From: Acidobacteriota bacterium
GTDB lineage: Bacteria; Acidobacteriota; Terriglobia; Terriglobales; Acidobacteriaceae
Length of the DNA: 64,000 nt
Assembly: GCA_013289765.1 (NCBI GenBank)
Contig: JABCZI010000014.1
Location: 14,415 to 78,414 of the forward strand
Direction: 5' to 3'
Shown: in pieces, positions 17,498 to 25,649 of the stretch
Position numbering within the stretch: position 1 is the first letter of the stretch
Layout of the letters: each line of letters begins with the position of its first letter
Position numbers and translations under genes: made by a program
The notes under the pieces: model-generated
Told to the model about the DNA's origin: nothing
What the model saw: only the letters and a program-made list of their open reading frames with translations
The model's database searches: none

Positions 17498-17968
17498 TCA
17501 GCCGTCAGCTAACACGGTTGGATGGACTTCGACCGAAAAATTGACAGACCGCGCAATAAAGCACGAGTGATGAGCGTCTGCATGAAGAGCGACGGCTTTG
17601 GCTCCATCACTGTCAGAAGAAATCTTTATCGTTGGCTGCAGCGTTACTCGTGTGAATTGCGCCGAGCCGTCGCTATTCTCGTCCATCACTCCAAGCGCCG
17701 AATCGCGATAGTCGACGACGGTCACATGATTGACGGCGCAAAGATGCAGATACGACAGCATGTGGCAGGCGGAAAGGCTCGCGACCAGAAGTTCTTCCGG
17801 ATTATAGCGAGACGAGTCCCCGCGAAAGCTTGGATCGCTTGATCCCAAAATCTGGGGCTTGTCCCCGGCCCCGATCGTGTGATCGCGGCGATAACCGCGA
17901 TAGGTCTTGGTGCCTTCGCCGCTATTGCCGGTCCACTCCACTCGAATCTCGTAGTTATGTTGTTTCAT
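17498..17968 (-). CDS. OsmC/Ohr family peroxiredoxin-like protein
   Basis: MKQHNYEIRVEWTGN..., NPEELLVASLSACHML and HADAHHSCFIARS are typical OsmC motifs. Start moved to ATG 17968. Confidence 0.8.
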   Translation of the reverse strand: MKQHNYEIRVEWTGNSGEGTKTYRGYRRDHTIGAGDKPQILGSSDPSFRGDSSRYNPEELLVASLSACHMLSYLHLCAVNHVTVVDYRDSALGVMDENSDGSAQFTRVTLQPTIKISSDSDGAKAVALHADAHHSCFIARSVNFSVEVHPTVLADG

Positions 17969-18374
17969 CTGGCACCTTCTGTTTTTCGCGCGCCCATGAC
18001 TCTGACACTGCCCGCCCCTTGTGAACATCGTCCACAACAAGGATCAGCCGGTGATCGTGATCGCTGTAAAGCACTTCAATGTTGACTCCAGCATGAGCCA
18101 TGCGGCGTGACAATTTGCCAAGTTGGCCGGGCTCAGACTGGTTCAGCCGTTGGATAACGACTTCTCGCTCGTTGAGTACTCGGATGCCCGCCCCTTCCAA
18201 TGCGCTTCGAGCCGGAGCCGCCGCCCCGTCTTCAAACAGGAAGTGTGCCACTCCTTGACCGTCGACAACCCACGCTCCGCCGCCTTCGATGCTTACTCCG
18301 GCGCGGCCGAGCGCGTCCCCCATATCGGCCAACGCACCGGGGCGGTTGTCGAGCAAAATCGTTAGATCTTTCAT
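17955..18374 (-). CDS. ACT-domain protein
   Basis: Tandem ACT-like units (ILLDNRPGALADMGDALGRAGVSIEG; SEPGQLGKLSRRMAHAGVNIEVLY). Start taken at MKDLTILL. Confidence 0.7.
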   Translation of the reverse strand: MKDLTILLDNRPGALADMGDALGRAGVSIEGGGAWVVDGQGVAHFLFEDGAAAPARSALEGAGIRVLNEREVVIQRLNQSEPGQLGKLSRRMAHAGVNIEVLYSDHDHRLILVVDDVHKGRAVSESWAREKQKVPDETT

Positions 18375-18516
18375 GGTTGTAATTCCTCGCGCCTTCAAGT
18401 TTGTAGGCTACCTGTCGACGACGCATTTGATGCAGGTCATCGCGCGTGCATCCTTTCTCCTTGTTCCTGTAAAGTAATGGGTCGGGAGATTTGGATTCGA
18501 GTTTGGAGGCGTCATC

Positions 18517-19680
18517 TTGAAACACGGCAATCATAGCGGTGGACATTCTGCGGGAAAGCCTTCGGAAAAGTCACAGGGTAGCGGGCACGCCGGCGAGGGT
18601 AAGGATCGTCATCTGCATAATCCCATTGAGGACCGGCTGATTCCTCTGGAGCCGCTCGATTTGGGTAAAGTGAAGTCGATCGACGACCTGGTGCGGGCTA
18701 TGTCGAAGACGGCATTTACCGGGCGTCAGCTGGGCGAGGCTGCGGACGTGCTCGAAGCGATGGCGCGCGATGAAGAGTGTTTCGTGGTCATGACCCTGTC
18801 AGGCGCCATGACGGTCGCGAAGCAGGGACTGATCGTGACCGAGTTGATCGATCGCGGCATTGTCAATGCCGTCGTTTCAACTGGCGCCCTCATGGCTCAC
18901 GGATTAGTCGAAGCGACCGGGCGCGCGCACTTCCGCCACAATCCCGAAGTTTCTGACGTGGAACTGTACGAGCAGGGGTACAACCGCGTGTATGACACGC
19001 TGGAACCTGAGCAGAATCTCGACGACGTGGAAGAAGTGATGTCGGCCGTGCTTGAGGGCTGGGACCACAACGAGACCATGTGCTCCTACAAGTTGAATCA
19101 CGCGATCGGGGCTTATCTGGCGAAGACCGCGAAAGACCAGCGCGGAATTTTGAAGTCGGCGCATGAGATGGGCGTGCCGGTGTTCGTGCCGGCGTTCAGC
19201 GATTCGGAGCTGGGCCTCGATACGGCGCTGAACAATCGCCTCCGCGAGTCAACCGGCAGGCATAAGATCCGCTTCGATCCATTCGAGGATCTGGAGCATT
19301 TTGCGGCGACCTTGCTGCGGCAGAAAAAACTGGGCATCCTGACCATCGGCGGCGGAGTGCCGCGCAACTGGTCGCAGCAGTTTGGTCCGTTCTGCGAACT
19401 GCGGCACCGGCGGTTGGGTGAGAATGTTCCGCTGAAACGGTATCACTACGGGCTGCGGATTTGTCCCGAGCCCGTTCATTGGGGCGGATTGTCGGGCAGT
19501 CCTTACAGCGAGGCGATTTCGTGGGGAAAATTTGTACCCCCGGCGGAGGGCGGCAGGTTTGGCGAAGTGTTTGTGGACGCTACTGTGGGGCTGCCGTTGA
19601 TTGTGGCTGCCGTGTTCGAGCGACTGGATAAGAAGGGGAGCAAAGCCAGCAAGGGAAAAACGGCGGCGGCTCGGAAGTAA
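18517..19680 (+). CDS. Deoxyhypusine synthase-like protein (candidate homospermidine synthase)
   Basis: DHS-family motifs MTLSGAMTVAKQGLIVTELIDRGIVNAVVSTGALMAHG and LTIGGGVPRNW. TTG start; the N-terminus is His/Gly-rich. Confidence 0.8.
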   Translation: MKHGNHSGGHSAGKPSEKSQGSGHAGEGKDRHLHNPIEDRLIPLEPLDLGKVKSIDDLVRAMSKTAFTGRQLGEAADVLEAMARDEECFVVMTLSGAMTVAKQGLIVTELIDRGIVNAVVSTGALMAHGLVEATGRAHFRHNPEVSDVELYEQGYNRVYDTLEPEQNLDDVEEVMSAVLEGWDHNETMCSYKLNHAIGAYLAKTAKDQRGILKSAHEMGVPVFVPAFSDSELGLDTALNNRLRESTGRHKIRFDPFEDLEHFAATLLRQKKLGILTIGGGVPRNWSQQFGPFCELRHRRLGENVPLKRYHYGLRICPEPVHWGGLSGSPYSEAISWGKFVPPAEGGRFGEVFVDATVGLPLIVAAVFERLDKKGSKASKGKTAAARK

Positions 19681-19766
19681 GAAAAGTCAGCGCGTAAAAC
19701 CGCTGTTCATTTTCCGGCGATGATTGCATGCCCGCCCGATGCGAACGGAAAGGTGTTGCAAAGTTG

Positions 19767-20057
19767 CTAGCGGGCGCCGACTTCGGCTGGCGACGAATCA
19801 GTTGCGGCGAATTGCTGATCCTTAACTTCTTCGTCGAATTCATCGGATGAACGACCATCGAGCCGCGTCTTGCGGTAGAGCGGCGCCAGGATGCTGTTCT
19901 CCAGCACTCTCGATTCCGCTTCCACCCAGTCTTGCAGAGCCGTTCCTTCGGCTTGGCCACGCTGATTGTAGAGATGCTGCGCGTGCAGCCGAATCTTCCT
20001 TTCGAGCAAATCGGTCATGAGTGCTTGCTGCTTCTGTCTGCGGGTATTGATATCCAA
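19767..20057 (-). CDS. DUF2934-like small protein
   Basis: IRLHAQHLYNQRGQAEGTALQDWVEAESRV matches the A..LW...G...G.DL.DW..AE signature of DUF2934. Confidence 0.6.
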   Translation of the reverse strand: MDINTRRQKQQALMTDLLERKIRLHAQHLYNQRGQAEGTALQDWVEAESRVLENSILAPLYRKTRLDGRSSDEFDEEVKDQQFAATDSSPAEVGAR

Positions 20058-20205
20058 AACGAGTCCTCTAACTTAAAAAGGTATTTTTCTACAGTTCTAT
20101 GATACGGGAAGGCTGTTAACGGAAGGTTACATTTGGGAGGGCTAGGGGGTTACTAAAGTATAAGTATAGCATGAAGCCACTCCGGCAAGGGCGGTCATGG
20201 AGCCT

Positions 20206-20237
20206 AGTAGTGGCTCAGTTCAAACTGAACCACTACT
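20206..20237 (-). terminator. Long stem-loop downstream of the cupin gene (terminator-like, no U-tract)
   Basis: AGTAGTGGCTCAGTT-ca-AACTGAACCACTACT. The arms are 15 nt with one mismatch. Lies 85 nt past the cupin stop on the minus strand. Confidence 0.35.
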
Positions 20238-20321
20238 CTTAGTCTAGGGACATTTGCTGCAGGAAGGGGGCCATCCGGCAGCGAAAGTTGAGGTTTTCAA
20301 GGCAAACGGGACGAAAATCTG

Positions 20322-20762
20322 TTATTCGAGGCGAGGAACGCAGCAGCAGCAGTAGCAATAGCACATAACTGCTCCCATTGCGCCGGCCTTGAAGGCATAT
20401 CTCTTACCCTGTGGGATGTACATCCAGTCGCCCGCTGTCAGTTCCTTGCCGGCATAGTAGATAGAGCCGCCCACCATGAAGCGGATGCCATCTCCCGCGT
20501 CGTGGGAGTGCTCTCCGACCTCGGCATTGGGTGGGGCAGCGGAAATAAATAGCTGCGAGGGGCCACTGAGGTAAACCGGCAACTGCCACTTCTCAAAACC
20601 GTCCGGAACTCCGCCGACTTTGAGTTTCGTCTGCAGCTTGCCCACGTCGGCGTCGCGCGATGTAATGATTCTGCTCTGCTGGTCGAAGTCTTTCCCGACA
20701 GCGCGTCTGATTCGTTCTACCCCTTGCTCGAAGGTTATCCAGTTTGTGTTTACGTCGCTCAT
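20322..20762 (-). CDS. Cupin-domain protein with a poly-cysteine C-terminal tail
   Basis: Cupin motifs GEHSHDAGDGIRFMVGG and GDWMYIPQGKRYAFKAG. The C-terminus is MCYCYCCCCVPRLE. Confidence 0.75.
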   Translation of the reverse strand: MSDVNTNWITFEQGVERIRRAVGKDFDQQSRIITSRDADVGKLQTKLKVGGVPDGFEKWQLPVYLSGPSQLFISAAPPNAEVGEHSHDAGDGIRFMVGGSIYYAGKELTAGDWMYIPQGKRYAFKAGAMGAVMCYCYCCCCVPRLE

Positions 20763-20962
20763 TTTCTTGTTCTCCTGCCGAATGACTTGCAGGGCGACGG
20801 ATTGCCCACGGCTCTTACATCCTCTGCTAAATCGAGGTCAAGGGGCGTGTCCGACCCTTGCTGCATGGATGGTGTTCGGAGCAGGGGAAACGTATCAGTA
20901 CAAACTGCAGGACGGCCCAAGAGCAGAACCTGGGTGCGGAGTTAGCTTGTGCGACACCTGTC

Positions 20963-21508
20963 TCAGTCGAAAATCAGCACCGCCGAGGCAATCACCGTGG
21001 TCCATAACCCCCGTTTATCCCCCACGGCGGATTGCGTCACGTTCGCTGTACGCACAATCTTGTTCGATAGGCGATAAATCTGTTTCTTCTCATCCCATGA
21101 GCGGTCGGGATCAAATTCAACGTTCAACGTCGTAGCCAACATTTCGGCGGCGAGTTCTTCGGCATACTCTCCTGCGGCATCTTCGGTTTCACCGAAAGAA
21201 TGATGCTCGCTGAGGTATCCGTAGGTGTTCTTGTCGGCGGGAATGGCCACTCCGATCGAGGAAGCGAGCAAACGGTGGGCTTCATGGGTGGAGTTTTCAG
21301 CGACTACGGCAAACACCACCTCGCCGGGGCTGAGATATTTCACACCCTCTTTGCGGGCCAGCATTTTGCAATTAGGCGGGAAGATCGAGGAAACGCGCAC
21401 CAGGTTCTGGGCAGCGATGCCGGCGTCGCGCAAAGCCAATTCGAAAGAAGTTAACCGCTCGCGGTGTTTTCCAACTCCCTTGGTGAAGAACATCCGCTTG
21501 GGAACCAT
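20963..21508 (-). CDS. pdaD: Pyruvoyl-dependent arginine decarboxylase
   Basis: [45 protein letters not shown], including the VSS self-cleavage site. Start moved to ATG 21508. Confidence 0.88.
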   Translation of the reverse strand: MVPKRMFFTKGVGKHRERLTSFELALRDAGIAAQNLVRVSSIFPPNCKMLARKEGVKYLSPGEVVFAVVAENSTHEAHRLLASSIGVAIPADKNTYGYLSEHHSFGETEDAAGEYAEELAAEMLATTLNVEFDPDRSWDEKKQIYRLSNKIVRTANVTQSAVGDKRGLWTTVIASAVLIFD

Positions 21509-21611
21509 ATCTTTGCCCAATTCTGTAGCCTCCGGCACCAAAAAAATGAGATTGAGATGCACAATTTAACACAACGCTCTGTAAAGGATAGATGAATTTA
21601 CGCGCGAGACG

Positions 21612-21649
21612 AAAAAAATGACGGGAAGTCGCTGGCGCGGTTCCCGTCA
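21612..21649 (-). terminator. Rho-independent terminator (minus strand)
   Basis: 9-bp stem TGACGGGAA/TTCCCGTCA with a 13-nt loop, followed on the minus strand by T7 (A-run 21612..21618). Downstream of the 21767..22114 gene. A second GC hairpin (21653..21684) precedes it. Confidence 0.7.
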
Positions 21650-21766
21650 CGGTGCCCGGATTCTTCGGGGGGAGGGCCCGGGCAAAACCGAATCACTCTA
21701 CCACAGGGCGGGGCATGATCGAACACCAAGGCAAATACTTTTCGGTTTAGCGAACATCAGCGCCTG

Positions 21767-22114
21767 TCACTTGGCCGCGACTGAACTGACTTCTATGGTG
21801 TCGTCGGTTAAAACTCCCGTGACGGTCGCCGTCTTGCCTGCCTGTTTGTCTAGCGCGGATAAAACGGATTTGTCGCTCGTTTGCAAAATATAAATCTTTT
21901 CACCCACGATCAATGCGAAATTGGACCCATGCGCCACGCAGGTGCGCGTGCACTCGGCGGCCGGTCCGTCCATATGCTTTCTGCCGCACATGGCATCGCC
22001 AACCTCACCGGTAAAGGTTTGCTTGCGGGCGACGAGAGCGTAGAGATTAGAAGTAGCGGTTACCGACGACATTATCAGAACTATAGCTGCGAACCAACGA
22101 GAACCACGGTTCAT
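21767..22114 (-). CDS. Small secreted hypothetical protein (Cys-containing)
   Basis: Signal-anchor WFAAIVLIMSSVTA. Mature part with C-x11-C-x3-C (AMCGRKHMDGPAAECTRTCVAHG). Followed by a terminator. Confidence 0.6.
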   Translation of the reverse strand: MNRGSRWFAAIVLIMSSVTATSNLYALVARKQTFTGEVGDAMCGRKHMDGPAAECTRTCVAHGSNFALIVGEKIYILQTSDKSVLSALDKQAGKTATVTGVLTDDTIEVSSVAAK

Positions 22115-22184
22115 TCCACGTTCTCCTTAGGAAACGGTTTGTCTTGTTTCAGTAGTTTATGCCCCAAATGATGGGATGCCAGGG

Positions 22185-22211
22185 AACTGAGCCCTCTGCA
22201 CCGGCTCAGTT
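22185..22211 (-). terminator. Stem-loop downstream of the POTRA gene (terminator-like, no U-tract)
   Basis: AACTGAGCC-9 nt-GGCTCAGTT, 66 nt past the stop at 22277. It shares the GGCTCAGTT arm with the hairpin at 20206. Confidence 0.3.
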
Positions 22212-22276
22212 TCAGTCGATCGAAGCTCGGCGGTTTCCTCGCCACTGCCGCCAAACTGAGCACTGCCTAAAATGCC

Positions 22277-23629
22277 TCACTGCGGTGCCTTGGCTGTGTA
22301 TTGCAGATCAACATCCACGGTTTTGTCCCGCGTAATGGCGGTCACATGAGGGTCAACTTCCCAGTCGAGATTAGCAGGAAGCAGCTTTCTGGCCTGGGGC
22401 AGGAATTGTTTGAGGTAGGTGGCGTCGTAAACGTCGCCGGGACGAATCTTCCAGGCGGCCCGCAGCCTGGCCGTCAGACCATTGTCGATCCCGCGAAATT
22501 CAAGCTCACCCATGCGATAGACAGAACCCTCATCGATCGTGAGATGAAGAGCCACGGTCGCAGCGACGTCATTGAATTGGGCTTCCACTTTGACGCTGGC
22601 AAGAATGTATCCTCGGGAACCGTAAAGCTCTCGAACGGATTTCAAGTCATCTTCTAGTTGAACGGTGTTGGCAGGCTGTCCAGGATTGGCATGGATCAGC
22701 GGTTGTAGCGTGCTGTTGGGAAATTCTTTGTTGCCTGACCATTCCATCCCCGTGAGCTTGTACTGGATGCCGGGAGTCACCGGAAATATCACATCGACGA
22801 ATGCAGCCTGCGGGTTGTCAACGGAATGCAAGTCCGACGATTTGACGACCTTGGGCTGTGCCGTGGGGCAAGCCGCCTTAAGATAGCCGCGCTCTCGGTA
22901 GATCGGCAGCAACGCGCGTTCGATGAAGGAATTCATGAACTCACGAGAGTACTCACGATCCGTCAATCGTTCCCCCGCAGTCCGGAGCGCGCTTAACTCG
23001 GCAGCCCCGGCGCCGGGAAACTCGACCTGGCGGATGCGAATGCTCACTCCGGCAACGTTGTATTCGATCGCCTGCAGATGATCACTCTTATCCGCTTTGC
23101 GCAGATATTCGACGTGGCCGGGAATACTGTTTTCAACCAGCAAAGCCTGCAGCACGTCCGATACTTGGTCCGTCAAACGGCCGCTCGCGGGCAACTCACC
23201 GTTGAAAAGTGGAACTCGCTCGTGCACTTTCCTTAGCAATTCTTCGTCGGTGAACCAGACAAAATCCGTGAAGCGGGCGGGGACAAATTTATCGGCGTCG
23301 GTCACCTGAAATTCCAGCCTGGTTCCGGCTGACGAATATGAGAAGGTGAAAGCGATATTGCTGAAAGCACCGCTCTCGCCGAGTTGCCGCGCGGCCTTGC
23401 GAAAATCGTCCTCGTGCGCGACCGTGTTGACCGGCAGTCCGCTGGCGGACGCCACCTCAGCGGACGTAAACCGCTTTGTGCCGATTACCTTGACTGAGAT
23501 CAGCTTATATGCGGTGGCCGGCATCGGACTAGCCGCCGCAGCTTGTCCTTGCGCCGCGGCGTGGAGGCACACCGCACAGATGAACCAAGAACCCAGCAGC
23601 GAGCGTATCAGGAATGGAAGCGGTATCAT
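22277..23629 (-). CDS. Secreted protein made only of about five BamA-like POTRA domains (no beta-barrel)
   Basis: Signal peptide MIPLPFLIRSLLGSWFICAVCLHAAAQG. POTRA-like units (YKLISVKVIGTKRFTSAEV...; LTGMEWSGNKEFPNSTLQPL...DLKSVRELYGSRGYILASVKVEA...IDEGSVYRMGELEFRG). Ends about 70 aa after the last POTRA. Start moved to ATG 23629. Confidence 0.7.
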   Translation of the reverse strand: MIPLPFLIRSLLGSWFICAVCLHAAAQGQAAAASPMPATAYKLISVKVIGTKRFTSAEVASASGLPVNTVAHEDDFRKAARQLGESGAFSNIAFTFSYSSAGTRLEFQVTDADKFVPARFTDFVWFTDEELLRKVHERVPLFNGELPASGRLTDQVSDVLQALLVENSIPGHVEYLRKADKSDHLQAIEYNVAGVSIRIRQVEFPGAGAAELSALRTAGERLTDREYSREFMNSFIERALLPIYRERGYLKAACPTAQPKVVKSSDLHSVDNPQAAFVDVIFPVTPGIQYKLTGMEWSGNKEFPNSTLQPLIHANPGQPANTVQLEDDLKSVRELYGSRGYILASVKVEAQFNDVAATVALHLTIDEGSVYRMGELEFRGIDNGLTARLRAAWKIRPGDVYDATYLKQFLPQARKLLPANLDWEVDPHVTAITRDKTVDVDLQYTAKAPQ

Positions 23630-23726
23630 GAGTGGCAAGTCAGTGCCCAACTCCCGGTTGCCAGTGATACGGGCGCACTGGTCTCTCCGGCGAGCATGGC
23701 AAGTATAAGACCAGTTCGCAAGCCAT

Positions 23727-23764
23727 AGACAATCAGCCAAAGACAATCAGCCAAAGACAATCAG
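23727..23764. repeat. 14-bp tandem repeat AGACAATCAGCCAA x2.7
   Basis: Read directly: agacaatcagccaa agacaatcagccaa agacaatcag. About 100 bp upstream of the POTRA gene start. Confidence 0.9.
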
Positions 23765-23787
23765 TTGTATTTCGAGGATGAGACGAT

Positions 23788-24117
23788 TTAGATCGGGGGG
23801 CTGCTGAGAGTGGAATGTTTGACCACCCTGCCAACCATCTTCAGAACCTTGGATGGCTCCGAAGGTCGGAAAGCTTCGTTCTCGGTGGCCTCAATCAGGC
23901 CGCCCTCGACGGAATCAAGGGCCAGACGCGAGCGCTCCAAAATCGTGAAGAGATACTTCTGCGCAATGGGACGATCAGCGGGATGAATGAGCTCCCACCA
24001 GCGGCGGATTGATTCCTGGACCTCTGCTTCGTTTTTCTCGCCGACAACCAGAGCATCGATTAGCCGGTAGACCTTGCTCTTGATCGCTTGATACGAAACC
24101 GAAATCTCCTGGGGCAT
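23788..24117 (-). CDS. Hypothetical 109-aa protein
   Basis: Only the C-terminal third of ORF 23788..24792 looks protein-like (MPQEISVSYQAIKSKVYRLIDALVVGEKNEAEVQESIRRWWELIHP...). The rest overlaps a better + strand gene. Confidence 0.45.
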   Translation of the reverse strand: MPQEISVSYQAIKSKVYRLIDALVVGEKNEAEVQESIRRWWELIHPADRPIAQKYLFTILERSRLALDSVEGGLIEATENEAFRPSEPSKVLKMVGRVVKHSTLSSPPI

Positions 24118-24333
24118 GGGGTCTCCGGACTTCTTTGTTGACCATAGCAATCTGCCAGCCAAACCGTAGGTGCTTGAACTGTAAGTCCTTTTAGCTGTGA
24201 AGACTTCGGCGAAAATCCTGCGAATGGAATAAAGCGAATTCCGAATATGAATTCTGGAAGTTGTCCAAGCACATTGCACGATCTCTTCTGATATCTTCCA
24301 TGCGAGGCTGCAGCACAAACTCTTGGAGGCGGG

Positions 24334-24918
24334 ATGAAAAAGATGGGTTGGATTCTTGTATTTCCTGTTTTGTTTTCGATGTTCGGCTTCGCCCAAAGTG
24401 AAGCGCCAGCGAGCGCTTCCAACGTTGCCCAAGCTGAAGACCGAATGTTTTTTCCCCGAGACACGTTCTGGGGATGGGCGCAGTTTGACCTGGCGCCTCC
24501 GCATAATGAAATCGATCCCAACCTTTGCGCCGGCAACGCCGGGCAATATGGCGGCGTAAACGCCCCTTGCAGCCTGTTTGCTCGCTATATGCTGTCGGGA
24601 ATGCTGGAGGTGCGTCCCTTTGGCCGGGGCCAGCTGCGGCGCTTCATGGTGTTTGGAGCGCCAGCGTTTCTGTTTGGCAAGACCATCCCGCAGACCCTCT
24701 ACACTTGGTCGCCCGATGCAATTGGCATTGAGCATTCGTGGGGAGTTGGGATCTTCATCGCTAAGGGATTTGAATTTCGCGTGACCCAGCACTTCTTGTT
24801 TGACCGTCTAGGCGCCCGCAGCACCAACCTCGGGCCGGCTGATCTGGGCAATAATGGGCCTTGGGGGCGCTACATGACCGTAGGGGTGCATAAGTCATTC
24901 GGGACGAGAAGATGGTAA
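24334..24918 (+). CDS. Secreted hypothetical protein (possible small OM barrel)
   Basis: GGAGG-type SD upstream. Signal peptide MKKMGWILVFPVLFSMFGFAQS. Aromatic-rich body with a C-terminal ...FGTRRW. Confidence 0.65.
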   Translation: MKKMGWILVFPVLFSMFGFAQSEAPASASNVAQAEDRMFFPRDTFWGWAQFDLAPPHNEIDPNLCAGNAGQYGGVNAPCSLFARYMLSGMLEVRPFGRGQLRRFMVFGAPAFLFGKTIPQTLYTWSPDAIGIEHSWGVGIFIAKGFEFRVTQHFLFDRLGARSTNLGPADLGNNGPWGRYMTVGVHKSFGTRRW

Positions 24919-24926
24919 TCCCAGAT

Positions 24927-25517
24927 TCAGGCGGCGACTGCAGGCGTGCGCCTTCGCTGAACCAGCCAGATGACGAAGGCAACAAGTAACCCGAGAGCCA
25001 GGAAGGGGGCAAGAATGATGGGCACAAGCCAGCCGTGTCCGCCCATCGAAGTGACGTCGCCTGAGATGGTGGCAGCGGGATCACGCCGTATCTGGCCGCC
25101 AAATACGGTCGCATCGCCGGCAACTTTAATTCCTTCGTCCAAGCGGATATCTCCACCGAACGTGGTCACGTCCCCGGCTACCTGTGCATGGTCTTCGAGG
25201 ATCACGCTGCCGCCGAATACCGTTACATCGCCGGCCACCTGGCCTCGCACGCGGATGCTGCAGGCAAAGCAGGTGACGTCGGCGACCTGATCGTTCGGAC
25301 CGATATTAATGTTGTGTCCGACCTGCGTGTAGCTGCGATTGTCTTTCGCGAAAGCGACGCTCGAGAGTGCCAGGCAGAAGACCAGAAGCGCGCCGAAAAC
25401 GGTTCTCGGCCTTCGATGATTTTCAGTTCTGAAGAAGAAACGTTGGCTAGCGGACTGGGAACCGAGAACTCGGAACTGGAAATTCCCCGGCACCTTGTTC
25501 ATGAACCGGACCTCCAC
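24927..25517 (-). CDS. Membrane protein with bactofilin/beta-helix-like GDVTxFGG repeats
   Basis: N-terminal signal-anchor (FGALLVFCLALSSVAFA). Five units of V(A/S)GDVTxFGGxIxL. C-terminal TM (WLVPIILAPFLALGLLVAFVIWLV). An alternative start is ATG 25502. Confidence 0.7.
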   Translation of the reverse strand: MEVRFMNKVPGNFQFRVLGSQSASQRFFFRTENHRRPRTVFGALLVFCLALSSVAFAKDNRSYTQVGHNINIGPNDQVADVTCFACSIRVRGQVAGDVTVFGGSVILEDHAQVAGDVTTFGGDIRLDEGIKVAGDATVFGGQIRRDPAATISGDVTSMGGHGWLVPIILAPFLALGLLVAFVIWLVQRRRTPAVAA

Positions 25518-25597
25518 TTCGAAATCTAGCCCCGGAATCGAATTATGCCATAAAGCTACTATAAGAATAACTTACTGTGCTTCGCTGAAGGTTCCTT

Positions 25598-25603
25598 TAT
25601 AAT
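25598..25603 (+). promoter_or_regulatory. Candidate -10 box for icd
   Basis: Perfect TATAAT 47 nt upstream of the icd ATG, in an AT-rich intergenic region. GGGAGG SD at 25636..25641. No convincing -35 element. Confidence 0.3.
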
Positions 25604-25649
25604 CATTGGTTTTGTAAAGATAGGCGGAACTTCATAGGGAGGCTGACAA

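Noticed and set aside
23788-24792. 334-aa minus-strand ORF
   Set aside because: Only the last 109 aa look protein-like. The N-terminal two thirds are Arg/Lys/His/Ser-rich junk and overlap a + strand gene (24334..24918) that has an SD and a clean signal peptide. Trimmed to 23788..24117.
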